Source: the human T2T-CHM13v2.0 reference genome, Homo sapiens. From it: a DNA stretch of 64,000 nucleotides. A program made the translations under genes and the position numbers. The stretch lies in the NCBI RefSeq assembly GCF_009914755.1, contig NC_060947.1; one strand, given 5' to 3'. Position 1 is the stretch's first letter. The number at the start of each line of letters is the position of its first letter. Of this stretch, positions 14,651-30,780 are shown in pieces. The notes under the pieces were generated by a model, which saw nothing but the letters and a program-made list of their open reading frames with translations, searched no databases and was not told the DNA's origin.

Positions 14651-16484
14651 AACCCCCCCCAAATCACAATGAGATACTACTCCATATCTATCAGAATGGC
14701 TAGAATAAAAAATAGTGACAAAACTAAATGCCAAGGATGTGGAGAAACTGGATCACTCATACATTGCTGGTGGGAATGTAAAATGGGACAGTAGCTTTGG
14801 AAAACACTTTGGCAGTTTATTACAAACCTAAACAAACAACTAACATGCAATCCAGCAGTTGCACTCCTGGGCTTTTATCCCAGAGAAATGAAGATTTATA
14901 TTTACACAAAAACCTGTCCACTGATGTTTATAGCAACTTGATTCTTAATAGCCCCAAACTGGAAACAACATTTAACAGGTGAACAAGCTGTGGTACCTCC
15001 ATACCATGGAATACCACGCAGCAATAAAAAGGAATGAACTATTGATTCTTGCAACAATCAAGATGATTCTCCAGAGAATTACGCTAAGTGAAAAGTGCCA
15101 ATCCCAAAACATGACATGCTGTATGCTTCCATTTATAAATATTTCTATGACAAAATTATAGAAATAGAGACCAGATTAATGCTTTTCAGGGTTTAAGGAT
15201 GGGGAGCAGAGAAGGAAAGTGGGTGTGGTTATAAAAGGCCAACAGGATAAATCCAAATGGTGATGTTAATGTTCTGCCATCTTGGCTATATCAATGTCAA
15301 TATCTTGGTTGTGCTATTTTATTATAATTTTGCAAGATGTTACCATTGCAGCAAACTGAGAAAAGGGCACATGTGATCTCTCGGCATAATTTATTGCAAC
15401 TAACTGCATGTCAATCTACACTTATCTTTAAATAAAAATTTTAATTAAAAAATGTATATATAAGGCATATATAAGTTGTGAAGCAATCCAGACTCATTTC
15501 ATACTAAGACCTGGAACTTCCATCTCTCAGGAGACCTTGATCTCTCTAGTGAGGAATAATACATAGAAAATATAAAAATGTATAATAATACATATATGTG
15601 TAATATATTATTTAAATGTTGGCAGCAGAAAATAGATATCTATATACAAATTGCTACTATTTTAGAAATTACATCCTTCAATGAGGACAATGTTTATAAC
15701 TAAGGTTATAAAAATTTAAAAAACAACTGGAGTTAATGGTCCTTGTCATCATTCTATTATGGATTAACTCAGTTTTCAATTAAATTGTGAAAAGAAAACC
15801 CTATTTTCTCTAAATAATAGTCCATAGACTGTCACAGTACCACCAACTCCAAATTTATATTTCAATCACATCTCACATATTTTCAATAGAATTGTAATTT
15901 TTTTGTCACCAGTTTAGCCACAACTTCATAATCTTCAAAAACATAATGAAACAAACAAACAAAAACAAAACAAAACAAACAAACAAAAACAGGAGAACTC
16001 CAAAATCTATAAGGCCAAGTCTTTATCTTTCTTTTGTAAATTCTACTGCAGCCAAACAAGTACCCAAATCGTTCAGGTAAACTAGACACTCTGTGCCTAT
16101 GAACTCAACTTGAAATTCTATAGTGATAGTGCTCCAAAAAGCCACCCAATAAAAACTAAAATCTCTGAAGGTTTGTATTCACCAACATAATTTTTTTCCT
16201 CGTCTGCTTAAAGTCACCAATATGTAGGTATTAAATAGTTCAAATGTGTTTAGTTCAAATTTTGCTAACAGAATTGTTATATTCTACAATTTCAATTTGC
16301 AATCATCATTTTATTGTTTAACAAAAACAATACCTAGCCTAAATATTTCTATTAATGCATATTAGGAAACCAATTGCCCTTGCCCTCTCTACTTCTTGCC
16401 AGCCTGCTAAGATACCTGTAAAGAGGTAGATGTGTGTTCTCCACCTTGTAAGGTTAGGAGGAATAAAACCTTAAAAAACATGAA

Positions 16485-16515
16485 CACACATACACACAAA
16501 CACACACACACACAC
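16485..16515. repeat. (CA)n microsatellite
   Basis: Interrupted CA run. Confidence 0.85.
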
Positions 16516-16804
16516 AGAAATAATAAGCCTTTGCCCAGCCACATACCATGTAATCCTATGCCTCTTTTTCCTGCAGATTTGCTACTCTAAGTTTTAATAA
16601 TGACCACACTCACATCATGAAATTATACACCAGTTTATTCAAATCAATGTACAAATTGAATATTATCACATTTATTTTGTTCATTGGAAAAGACAATATG
16701 TCATTTCAGTTTATTTTCATTTTTAAACACCAATATTTAAGTCTTAAAAGGAAATAAAAGTTTACAATAATGATGAATGTCAAACTTAAAGGTGTTTGTT
16801 ATCT

Positions 16805-17096
16805 GGCTGGGCATGGTGGCTCATGCCTGCAATCTCAGAGGTTTGGGAGGCCGAGACAGGAGAACCATTTGAGACCAAAATTTGGGAACAGCCTGGGCAA
16901 CATAGTTAGACCTCTATCTCTACAAAAAAAACCAAAAAAATAGCCAAGCATAGTGGCATGCCAGTAGTCCCAGCTACTTAGGAGGCTGAGGTGGGAGGAT
17001 GGGTTGAGCCTGGGAATTCAGGCTGCAGTGACCTATGATCATGCCACTGCACTCCAGCCTGGGCAACAGAATGAGAACCTGTCTCTAAAAAAGAAA
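16805..17096 (+). mobile_element. AluJ
   Basis: Diverged full Alu; flanking AAAG(G/A)TGTTT(T)GTTATCT TSD. Confidence 0.9.
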
Positions 17097-18961
17097 AGAT
17101 GTTTTGTTATCTATTAGGCCTTTCAAAAATATATGGTTTTTTCTGAGGTTTTCAAGTTATATAAGACTTCTATGCCAGCCACCCTAAACAAAACAGAAGA
17201 AGCACAAATATTACTAAACAAATTAATGCTTCATTAACAAGCAAATCACCAATGGTGAAAAAAGAACACATTTAAATCAAAATCAGTACTGATACAGAGG
17301 TAAGAATTACATCCAGGCACAGACATTTGGAGTTATTCCCCCATGTTAAAAATTCCATCACAATGTGCAAAATAATTATTAAATCTTCTTTTTGAAATAT
17401 ATCCCCCCACTTTTGTTTTGCCTGATACAGATATTTTAACCTTAGGTGTACAGAACCCTATTAAAGAACCCAGATTACAATTTTTTATCATTTACATAAC
17501 AGTGGCAGTTTTCTCCCATGTTCTTGCACAAAAAGAATTTATTTTCACATAAATTACACCCTGCATTTTTCAATAGTAGGAATAAAAAATACTCATGTTC
17601 AGGTTTACATATATTTACCATGACTAAATTGGAACAAATCAGCTCACAGCTTCCTCATGCCTACAGTTCAAATTAAATTTCCTCTTTTATATTCCTAGGG
17701 CTTCTCTAGTTGCATGTCAAACTTTTCAGATCAGCTGTCTTGATTCCTATCTTTTCCTCTCCTTGAAAAATAAGTGTATCTTCCATCTCAACCATCCTCC
17801 TTTTCAGCAGCTTCCATTTGATTGGTCTGGTAACTTACTATCATGAGTATCTTTGTGCTCAGAGGAGACATCAGGCTGCCTAGTTTACTAGATCTTCATT
17901 TATTCCTTCTAATTTTGTGGTCGCTCTGCTAGTAACACATTGTAAGGTTTAGACTCAATCTACCCCAGGCTTATTTAAAATTAAAACACGAGTATATATA
18001 AATATTAAGGTTATATGTTTAAAACTTAACTGCTTTGGCATATAAATTGCATCTATAAAAATATTAAATGAAAATTTGGCTTAAAAATGTAACCTAAATA
18101 TAGACCTTGTAAGTTTAAAATAATCCTTGTCCTCAATTTTCTTTACCAAGTTTCCAAATATTTACATCATCTTTAACTTTCCACGGGGCCCCAATTCGTC
18201 AATCTCAACTCCTTGAGTTGTTTTTTTGGATTTTAAGTGCTTTGTACAAACTCATTGATGAGTGGAATGGAGCCATGCTCTCTGGTACCTTGCTTGCTCT
18301 AGGGTCTGATCTCTCTTTCTCACACTTCGTGGAGTAACAACTTCCCCATACACTTACTGAACATTGGAAATTACCACTTTATTCCCACTCCATGGCTCTA
18401 CTCAACCCACCACATTACCATCAACTCAGATTCATAGATTAGGTGCCATATTAAATGATATGATACAGCAGGAACAGAAAACAGACATGCCTTCAAGGAG
18501 TTTACTATCTAGCTGGAAAAGTAGAGGCAAGACAGTAACAAAGATCTGGATGGCACCCTCACTTTGGAAATTGGCAGTCATTCATAAGACACAGATATAT
18601 TCGGAGTAAGGAGAGGGAAGCAACTGGGAAAATATCCTTTCCAGTAATAAGCAAAAAGCAAGAGGCAAAAAGAAATGTTAACTATTTAAGTCACATACTT
18701 GCCCATCTATGTAGCTTTGCAGGATTAAACTACAATTTATTATTATTATTATACATTTCTATATGGTTTTGAAATGGTTGTTCCACAAAGGAAGGGTCCT
18801 CCAGAAAGTTTCTATAGCCTTCTTTTTGGGTAATTTTTGCCTACCAATATTTGAGGCTACCAGATGAAAGTAATTTCTTTTTCAAAGCAATTGGATTAAT
18901 TTTTACAAGTACACGGAGTCAATTCTTGAACTTCTGATTCTCTATCTAGACATTATCATAA

Positions 18962-19348
<387 letters not shown>

Positions 19349-20380
19349 ACATCCTCTTTCTAACAGCCATGATTTCTTTTCAGACAACAACATATTTATA
19401 ATTCATTTGCAACACTTCAACCAAACTAGACATACAGAGGATGTGGGAGACATAGGTTTCTCACTTCATTACTAGCATGCAACCCATGCAATCAAACATC
19501 TGTGCCAGAAGTAGATTTTAGGTTACTTTGTTATGGAAATGCATTCTCCATTTTAGTAGCATTTTTTTTCTTAATTAGAGGAAGTGCTTTCAGAAATTGC
19601 AAATTACATAATGTAATTACAGCCATTTTAATGAACTAAAGCAAGTAAACATCAATATAATTTTAAGATATTTAAAATTCTTTATAGTTTTTTGCTTATC
19701 TTTCTAAGTTAGGGCTAGTAGTAATAACTACCTAAATAATTTGAATCCCTTGAGAATGCAAATGTATTAGGCTTGGTTTTCTGTTCACCTGAGTCAAAAA
19801 ACCTGTGGATCAGAAATAAGTCTGGTAGCTAAAATTCCTGTGGAAGTTATAAAAGGGTTGTTTTTTATCAAAATATAAGATTATCTATGTAAAAAGGAAC
19901 TAACCAACCGGTTAAGTATGTTAATTGGAATTTGGAAGGATTTGAGAACTGGAAGGGAGAGAACTAAAATTGTTGACTAGTAACTTTGTAAAGCCCTAGA
20001 CAACAATCAACCCATTTCATCTTTACATTAAAAATAATTATCATTAACTGAGAATATACTATAACCCCAGGCATTCTGCAAAAAATTTCACATGCGTTAA
20101 CTCATTTAACTCTTCCAAACCCTTTCAAAGAAATGTGTATTATCTATTTTTTCATATTTTAAATAAAGGAAAGTAATGTATAGAAGAGATAAGTAATGTG
20201 TCCAAGACCTTAGAACTTTTCAGTAACACAACTGATTATTAAGCACAGGCCTATAAAACTCCAAAGTCCTTGTTTGTAGTCATTGCTTCATGTTATATGT
20301 CACTTAGAATGCTCCTTTAATGAATAACTACATTAAAACATAGAACTGATAAATAAGGCACCCTCCCCCCAAAAGATTAC

Positions 20381-20618
20381 TCTCTATCTCTCTCTCTCTC
20401 TATATATATATATGTGTATATATACATATATGTGTATATATACGTGTATATATACATATATGTGTATATATACGTGTATATATACATATATGTGTATATA
20501 TACGTGTATATATACTATATATACGTGTATATATACTATATATACACATATATATAGTATATATACTATTTGTACACATATATGTGTATATATACATGGT
20601 TTTCTAGATATATATGCA
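20381..20618. repeat. (CT)n/(TA)n-derived compound micro/minisatellite
   Basis: (CT)n followed by a TA-rich array with a repeated 30-bp unit TATATACATATATGTGTATATATACGTGTA. Confidence 0.92.
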
Positions 20619-21174
20619 TGACAGTGAATTATCTTTGAAATTTAATTATTCCATTAAAATGGAATATATGCTTATAAATCTTTCTGGATTTTGTAATTTT
20701 GTCTTCATTTATTTTGAAGAATGCCTTAAATCCAAACCCCCTTTTGCTAGAGATTTATGCCTTTTTGTAAAAGATAGATATTGTCAAACCTAGACCAGAA
20801 CTATATTTGGGAAAGAGGGTTTGGGAATGGATCTAGAAAGTGTAGATCCATCATATTTTCCACTGTCATCCCTGGGGATTTTCAAGGATTCCATCAAAAG
20901 TTACTCACTGGAGTCCAAGTTGTCCTAAATGTTCTCAAAACATATACAGTTTATGAAAATAAACATGCAATAAATAAAATCTCCCTGATTTCTTCGAATT
21001 GGTTAATGAATAGCAGAAGACAATCTTCTCATATATATTAATACCTCCAAAATTTGTATAACTAGAGGTCATTCTCAAAGTGAAACAATTTTCTTGTGTG
21101 TATAAAGGTGGTACCATATCCCTAGATAGATGGCATATTAAGCCCTAGGGTATTGGAACATATTGTTATAGTGG

Positions 21175-21370
21175 CTCTTTGGCTGAATTTTGCCTGCAGA
21201 TAAATTTTGTTTTGGCCTAGCCAACAATTTTTAAACTTTATCATTTGAATACATTTTAAGAGTGAGTTCCAACTTTGCTATCTTTTCTACCACTCCCCAT
21301 CTTCTTATACCCAGCTGTCCTACCCACTGATATTACCTACCTGGTCCCTAAAAGTGTTTACATTTGTGAT
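21175..21370. mobile_element. hAT-type DNA transposon remnant (MER102-like)
   Basis: CTTCTTATACCCAGC...TTACCTACCTGGTCCC...TTTGTGA resembles a MER102-type terminus; recalled from memory. Confidence 0.4.
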
Positions 21371-21623
21371 GGGCATCACAGCTGTGAGCACAGAAGAAAT
21401 AGCTTTCATGTTGATACTCCACATTCACCCCTGTGCTAACAAAGGTCCTCTAGCCCTCTAGAAAAAGTACACTCATTTTCCCCTAAGTACTTCTAGAAGT
21501 CACCAGTGGTTCTCTCGTGTGATCATGAGCAAATCAATTTTCATCATGCACTGCTGCAATTATTCTGGGCTTTCATGGAGCACACATGTATCCACCATCA
21601 CCCGTCATCATTCATAGTATCTG

Positions 21624-21800
21624 CTGGGCATTCATCATCTACCACTGGGCATCCATCATCTCCCATTTGGCATTCATCATCTCCCACTGGGCATCCATCA
21701 TCTGCCACTGGGTATCCATCATCATTTGCTCGGCATCTGCTGAGTACCGCCATGTCTGTTGGGCATCCACAGTCTCCCACCAGGCATTGTGGTCTCCGCT
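21624..21800. repeat. Degenerate 21-nt tandem repeat, consensus about CTGGGCATCCATCATCTCCCA
   Basis: Units start at 21624, 21645, 21666, 21687 and 21708, with more diverged units at 21729, 21759 and 21780. Confidence 0.85.
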
Positions 21801-22662
21801 GACGCTTTGCCATTTCGCCACCGGTGCCTTCCATGAGAATGCTGGTTACTTCTCCAGAGTGCTGTCACCCGGGGCTGCCAAATCTACAAACCCTCAAGAT
21901 ACCAGGTGTGCTGCATTTGCGTCAGTATTCATTGTACTTAGCTGTGTTCCTTGCATAAATTAGGAAAATGCCCCTTTATAACTGTGGCACATTTTGTTAT
22001 CTAAACATTGAAAAAGCAATACTTGTCCCTGTCCCCTTCACAAAGTCCCTCTGTAAAACAGCTATCTCTGTTTTATCTTTCTTTGTTACTTATGGTTATC
22101 ATCCACAGGGCTTACATATTCCACAGGGCTGATCTTGAGTCTATACACTGATGCCTTAATTCCTGTCCTCAGGCATTCACCCAAAAAACATCCCTCTGAA
22201 AAGCTTAGCAGGTAACTTGTCAGCCTTGTGTACTTGTATATACCTAGCATCTACTCCTATATCTGGTCTTTTTCTTTTTAATGGATAGATGAAGGCCTCC
22301 TTCCTCTTTGCAAATCAGTTCATGAGGTGATATTCTTGGAAATTCCCAGGCCCACATATCTTCACCTGTGAATCATTACTTTGGGTTTGAAATGTCTTCT
22401 CCCAATATCACTTTTCCCTTTAACAATATCCTTAATCACTTCACTGCGGGATCTTTATCCTAGAGAAAAAAATTTCTTTACCGGGTAAGTTTCCATTCTA
22501 AATACAAAAAGAATAATGGTATCAGTATATTTAAATTATAATGACATATGTGGAAGAATACAGTCCAGAGGTCCTGATTTTTGTTCTTATATCTAGAGTC
22601 TTCTACCTCTGGTTATCCTTTGCTGTTTCTCTCTTCTATCCTCCTTAGAAATGTACAACTTT

Positions 22663-22969
22663 GGCTGGGTGCGGTGGCTCATGCCTGTAACCCCAACCCT
22701 TTGGGAGGCCGAGGCGGGCAGATCACCTGAGGTTGGGAGTTCGAGACCAGCCTGACCAACATGAAGAAACCCTGTCTTTACTAAAAGTACAAAACTAGCT
22801 GGGTGTGGTGGCGCATGCCTGTAATCCCAGCTACTCAGGAGGCTGAGGCAGGAGAATCTCTTGAACCCAGGAGGTGGAGGTTGCGATGAGCCGAGATCGC
22901 ACCATTGCACTCCAGCCTGAGGGCAACAAGAGTGAAACTCCATCTCAAAAAAAAAAAAAAAAAAGTAAA
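22663..22969 (+). mobile_element. AluSp-like
   Basis: GAGGTTGGGAGTTCGAGACCAGCCTGACCAACATG; perfect TSD AGAAATGTACAACTTT at 22647-22662 and 22970-22985. Confidence 0.92.
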
Positions 22970-23409
22970 AGAAATGTACAACTTTTACATATTAATTACT
23001 GGTTTAATTCCCCAATAAATGCACAAAATAAATAAATAATGTAATTGTAGTTAACATTCCAGTTCTGGTTGCAAAAATAATTTCACTACAGGCAGATAGG
23101 CAGCACTGTCAAAGCTAAATAACAACGGCCAACACTTGAGTTTTTGCTCAGGGCCAGACATTGTTCCAAGTATTATACATGTACTATCCCTATTTAATAC
23201 ATAAAGAAAACAATGCACCAAAAGTTTAAATGCTATCAGTATTCTACTGCCAACAATGGGACGCACCTCCTACGTTTTCTTCCTTAAGAGGAGACATCCT
23301 CTGTCTTCTCAAGAAAGATTAGAATTCCCTCTGTAGTGTCCAGTTCTGGTGATTTGAAGATTCTCCTCATTTTCCTTTTTCTTCTTAAATCTCACTCCTT
23401 CATGGAATC

Positions 23410-23410
23410 A

Positions 23411-23475
<65 letters not shown>

Positions 23476-23612
23476 TTCCTTCCTTCCTTCCTTCCTTCCT
23501 TCTATCTTTCTTCCTTCCTTTCTTCCTTCCCTCCATTCATCCCTTCCGTCCTTCTCTCTCTCTTTCTTTCTTTCTTTTTTCTTTCTTTCTTTTTTTTTCT
23601 TTCCTTTCTTTT
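23410..23612. repeat. Compound (TTTC)n/(TTCC)n microsatellite expanded from an Alu-monomer tail
   Basis: About 200-bp pyrimidine tract directly abutting the Alu monomer at 23612. Confidence 0.95.
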
Positions 23613-23726
23613 GACAGAGTTTCACTGTGTTACCCAGGCTAGTTGTGAACTCCTGGGCTACAACAATCTACCCACCTCAGGTTAACAAAATGCTGAGAAT
23701 ACAATCATGAGCCACCATGCCCAGCC
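23612..23726 (-). mobile_element. FLAM / Alu left monomer
   Basis: GACAGAGTTTCACTGTGTTACCCAGGCT...TGAGCCACCATGCCCAGCC. Confidence 0.8.
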
Positions 23727-26700
23727 TTGGAAACTTTCAGTGATTTTTATATTGTCTGCTAATGTGCCAATTCCTAGAGAGCTAAGTTCTCAGTCCTTAC
23801 TTCATGAACTTTTCCCTCAAAGCCTGTATGTCTATGCCAAGAGCCTTTTAACTGGGTTGAATGATGGTGGTGAAGGAAGCTATTATAACAAGTACTATAA
23901 TAGCTAACTTTAATTGAACACTTACTCTGTCCATTTATCTTATTCAATCCACACAACCAACATATAAGTATTTTTCCCACTTTACAGATGAGGGAAATTG
24001 AGGTATACAATTTTACCTCATTTTAGGGCCACAAAAGGCTAATATCCATCCTCACATCACTGGTATTAAAGGTCCCATTCTCCCAGCTAGCCAGAGTGCT
24101 ATTTCTGCCACCAACCCATGGAAATGTTGAACATACTATGTTCCTGAAAAACAACAACAACAACAACAACAAATATTGATTCTTGCTTGATGTCTTGATA
24201 TGGCTCTAGAGACACAGAGTAACATAACTAAGGAAATAGTCTTTTGTATATTTAAGGGTAATTTCTCCAAGCCCTACCATAATACTAATAGTTAATAGTT
24301 ATTGTGTACTTATTAGTACTGTACATGGTCCTAGCTGATACACACTGTTTTAGAACTATAGCTTTACTCAAAATAATTTTATTTCAGTTCAGTTCAGACT
24401 CTATTAACACCTGCCTAAGACAGTTTGAAGGCCCAGATTGCAATGCCTCTGCTATCATGCAATTAGAAATGGAATTAAGGAGAAATGGGAGGGGTCATGA
24501 TATATCTTCAAAGACTTGAAGGATTTTCATACTCATACGCTTCCAAAGACAAAAGCAAGATAAATGGTAAAAGATACGGAAAGAATCAGCTTAGGGTTCA
24601 ATAAAAGCTCTGTCTTTCAAAGAGAGGACACCACCAGCCATCACTAGTGGTTATGCAAAGAATTTGTGCCTGGAATAAGAGCTTGAACTAGATTTTTTTT
24701 GAGGTTGTCTTTTATGTCTTAAGATTCTATAATTAAGATACCTAGTTATGCCACTTTGAACAAGTTACTCAAAATCTGAAAGTATCATTATGAAGTTAGA
24801 AGTTTAGTGCTTTTGTCAATGATAGGGAGATGAAAATAAGAACTTCTATTTCATACAATAGTGTTAATTTCATATGTGCTTTTATGTTCCTATGATCTTT
24901 ATAATCAGTTTGGTTAGTCCCAGCAAGAGATCATAGATGAAAAACCTAGTCATTAATTATACATTATTTTAATACTCAGAAGACATTTTATCCTTGTTGC
25001 CATCTAAGTGAACATAAAAGAAAACTTGCTTAGAATGAATGGACTATATATCCATAATCCTCACTCTTAAACATTATGCGATGAATAAGAATAGCCTACT
25101 TAGCTTTTATCTTAAAGGGCAGTAACTCTATCTTGAAAGTTGTCTTTCATATGCTGAATAGAATATATTACAACTATGGATCTTAATTGTTCGCATTTTT
25201 CTGTATGTACTCCTAACAGAGTGCTTGAACTGTGTAGTAAAAGGATCATTGGGCTAATCATTAAAAGTTAGTTTCTTTCTTTTCCTCTTTAGTCAAATTT
25301 CCATATTCCTTGTGTGCTGAAGTTTGTTTTGTATTTCAAATAAAACCTATCAAAAATCTAAAATCTTTGCCATCTAGTTATTCTGCATTCAAAATGTAGT
25401 AAAGACAAGCTGCTTACTCAATGCTCATATAACATTAAGTCCCCAAAGTAAACTTAATGAATTAAGTTTTCCCATGACCCAATGCCATTGTTTCTTTTAA
25501 AGGAAGAGCATCAACAAGACAATCAAGTTTGAATGAAATTGATTTTCTAATGGAGTTCTTTTTACTGAGAAATATTTAGTAACACAGATATTGGAGACAG
25601 AATTTTTATTTTCATCCTGTTTATTTCTGTTTTTATTCTGTAGTAACATGTTATGGGATATATAAGAGTTTTTATGGGAGCATGTACAATTGCAAATTAG
25701 CCAAGCCACTGAAGATTTTATATTGCTGTTTTTTATGTAATTGATAAGATCATGACAAATGTGGTTTTTTGCCCTATTTAGAATAAAGCAGAAAGAGTAT
25801 TCTGAGTTCGTACTTAGAGTATACATGGGATAATTAGAACAGGCTGTCTTCTGCAGAGCAAGAGGTTTCCTTATTCTAGATCATATTCATTCTTGGAACC
25901 CAAAAGCTTGCACTGGCTAAGAAAAAACCTATTTTCTCCTCAAAATTCTGTAGAACAAAACTTTAAAGGGGAATTAATTTAGAGGCATTTGATATTCATT
26001 AAGCACTTATTCATTTTCTATTTTACTTTAACCCTATCTTATACCCCATATTTTACTTTAACCCCATCTTAGCTTAATATCTCCTTTATATTGATAGGGA
26101 GGAAAAAGTTTCTGGATTTACTATTTTAAGAGCAAGTACAAAGGACAAAGCTGAATATGTTCTATTAAACTAATAGCTGAAGCTAACTTTTATGTATTTA
26201 ATTTTGTATGAAAATATATTCAAAATAGAAGGTATATAAAATATATATAATGAAATATATATATAAATCAAATATATTTAAAATATATATAAAATAAATA
26301 AATGAAATATATAATGAAAAGTAAATTCCCTGTTGTTTGAAGTGTTTCTTGTGATGGAAGAAAATGAAGTGTCTAATTTTGAATTCCTCATAAACCTGAT
26401 TACAAACTCTGTGTATACATGAATTTCACCAGTGAGTGGCACATATAAACCGTTGTAATCAACCTCAGTGTTCTGTTGAAGGGCAACTGGAGTAAAAAAT
26501 AAAGATGACAAATTATTTCCACTAAACATTATAGTATAATTTGTTTGGTTACTAATAAAAAGGAAATTGCTCAATAGAAAATTACATAAAAGCTAAACAT
26601 TGATAAGTTAATCATATACATATTTAAATTTGATAGTTTATAGCCTTTAGCATTAATTCTGGCTAAGAAATACTCTTTTTTAACTAAGTCTTTTTGATCA

Positions 26701-27909
26701 AATGACTCTTAAGTAATGTTATATTAGTATTTTGATTTTGGTAAGTCACTGGTTATCTCTACAAACTAGATTCTCTTTTATAAATGACTTTTACTGTGCA
26801 TCTATCTTGATAAGTATTTTAACCTACAGTATCTCACTTAGCATCTGCTTCACAGGTATTTGTGAATATTAAAAGCTGAATGTGAAAATATTTAGTAAAT
26901 TTTAACTTACTATACAATTTTAAGGTTATCATTATTTTTAGTATTACATTAAACCAAACCCCTATTTACAAACAAAAAGATATTATGCATATAAAAATGT
27001 AAATTATGTATTTTCACGTGTACCAAAACAAATGTTCTAGAAGTAGTATATTGGTTCAAATATAATGTAATATAATATAACATAACATAAATATATATTT
27101 TCTCAGTTTAAATACAATGGAGTAAGGTAAGCTTCTTGTTATTTAAGTGGAATATGAAAATTAAATGACCATTTCCCCAAACTTATTTCATTGAAAAATA
27201 TTAAGGCAATTTTTGAAGACCAGTGTTTCATAAATAAACTTTTTAGCGTGTATTACTATGACAAGTTACTCAATTGGCTTTTACTCTGGGTTATTCAACT
27301 AAAAGTTTCATTTTCAGTGACTCATAATATTGTTTACACATAATTTGTAAGCTCTATTTAATTACTTATGTAAATGACTAAACAAAAGATGGCAACTGCA
27401 GTGAATCTAAGACTGTACTTAATTCTGGTGTAAACTATTCTAACAATGTAATTAAGAGCTGTCCAATTTACACTTTGAAGTAAACAAAAGATCTTACAAG
27501 AGATTGCAAGTGCCATCATATGACACTTCTAGCTTTACCTCATGTTCCCTTGCAGTTTTTTTCAGACATGTGTTAAAACTATTTGAAAAAAAAAGCAGTT
27601 AATTTAACAGTACACAAAGGTGATAGTTAATAGGAAAAATAAAATTGTAAATAAAAAAGTAGTGAAACAGCAAAGTTAAACCTAGACTCACCTTACTTTC
27701 TTACCTATTGCTATTATTTATTCAATGACTACTACAGCAAAGCTGTGGCCTTGAGGAAATGATTTTATGCTATGAATACAATAACAATAACAAAAATAAG
27801 GCTAATAATACATATAGGTACAGTATATTGGATTCCAGCTAGATGCCAAGCAGTTAAGCATAACAAAATTAGGAAAGGTAGTTATTATTATTCATTAAAT
27901 TCCTTTTTG

Positions 27910-30780
<2,871 letters not shown>

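Noticed and set aside
20400-20621. IYT/CIY-repeat ORFs
   Set aside because: They are translations of the TA-rich satellite.
21624-21800. CRISPR-like array
   Set aside because: The units are adjacent with no unique spacers, there are no cas genes, and the DNA is human.
23336-23625. FLSF- and KKER-rich ORFs
   Set aside because: They are translations of the (TTTC)n microsatellite.
26019-26071. 23-bp direct repeat with period 30
   Set aside because: Ordinary local slippage duplication in AT-rich DNA with no associated signal.
26396-26486. Possible minus-strand exon (acceptor TTTTTACTCCAG)
   Set aside because: The donor is weak (CAG/GTTTAT), the length is 91 nt, and there is no recognisable peptide or partner exon.
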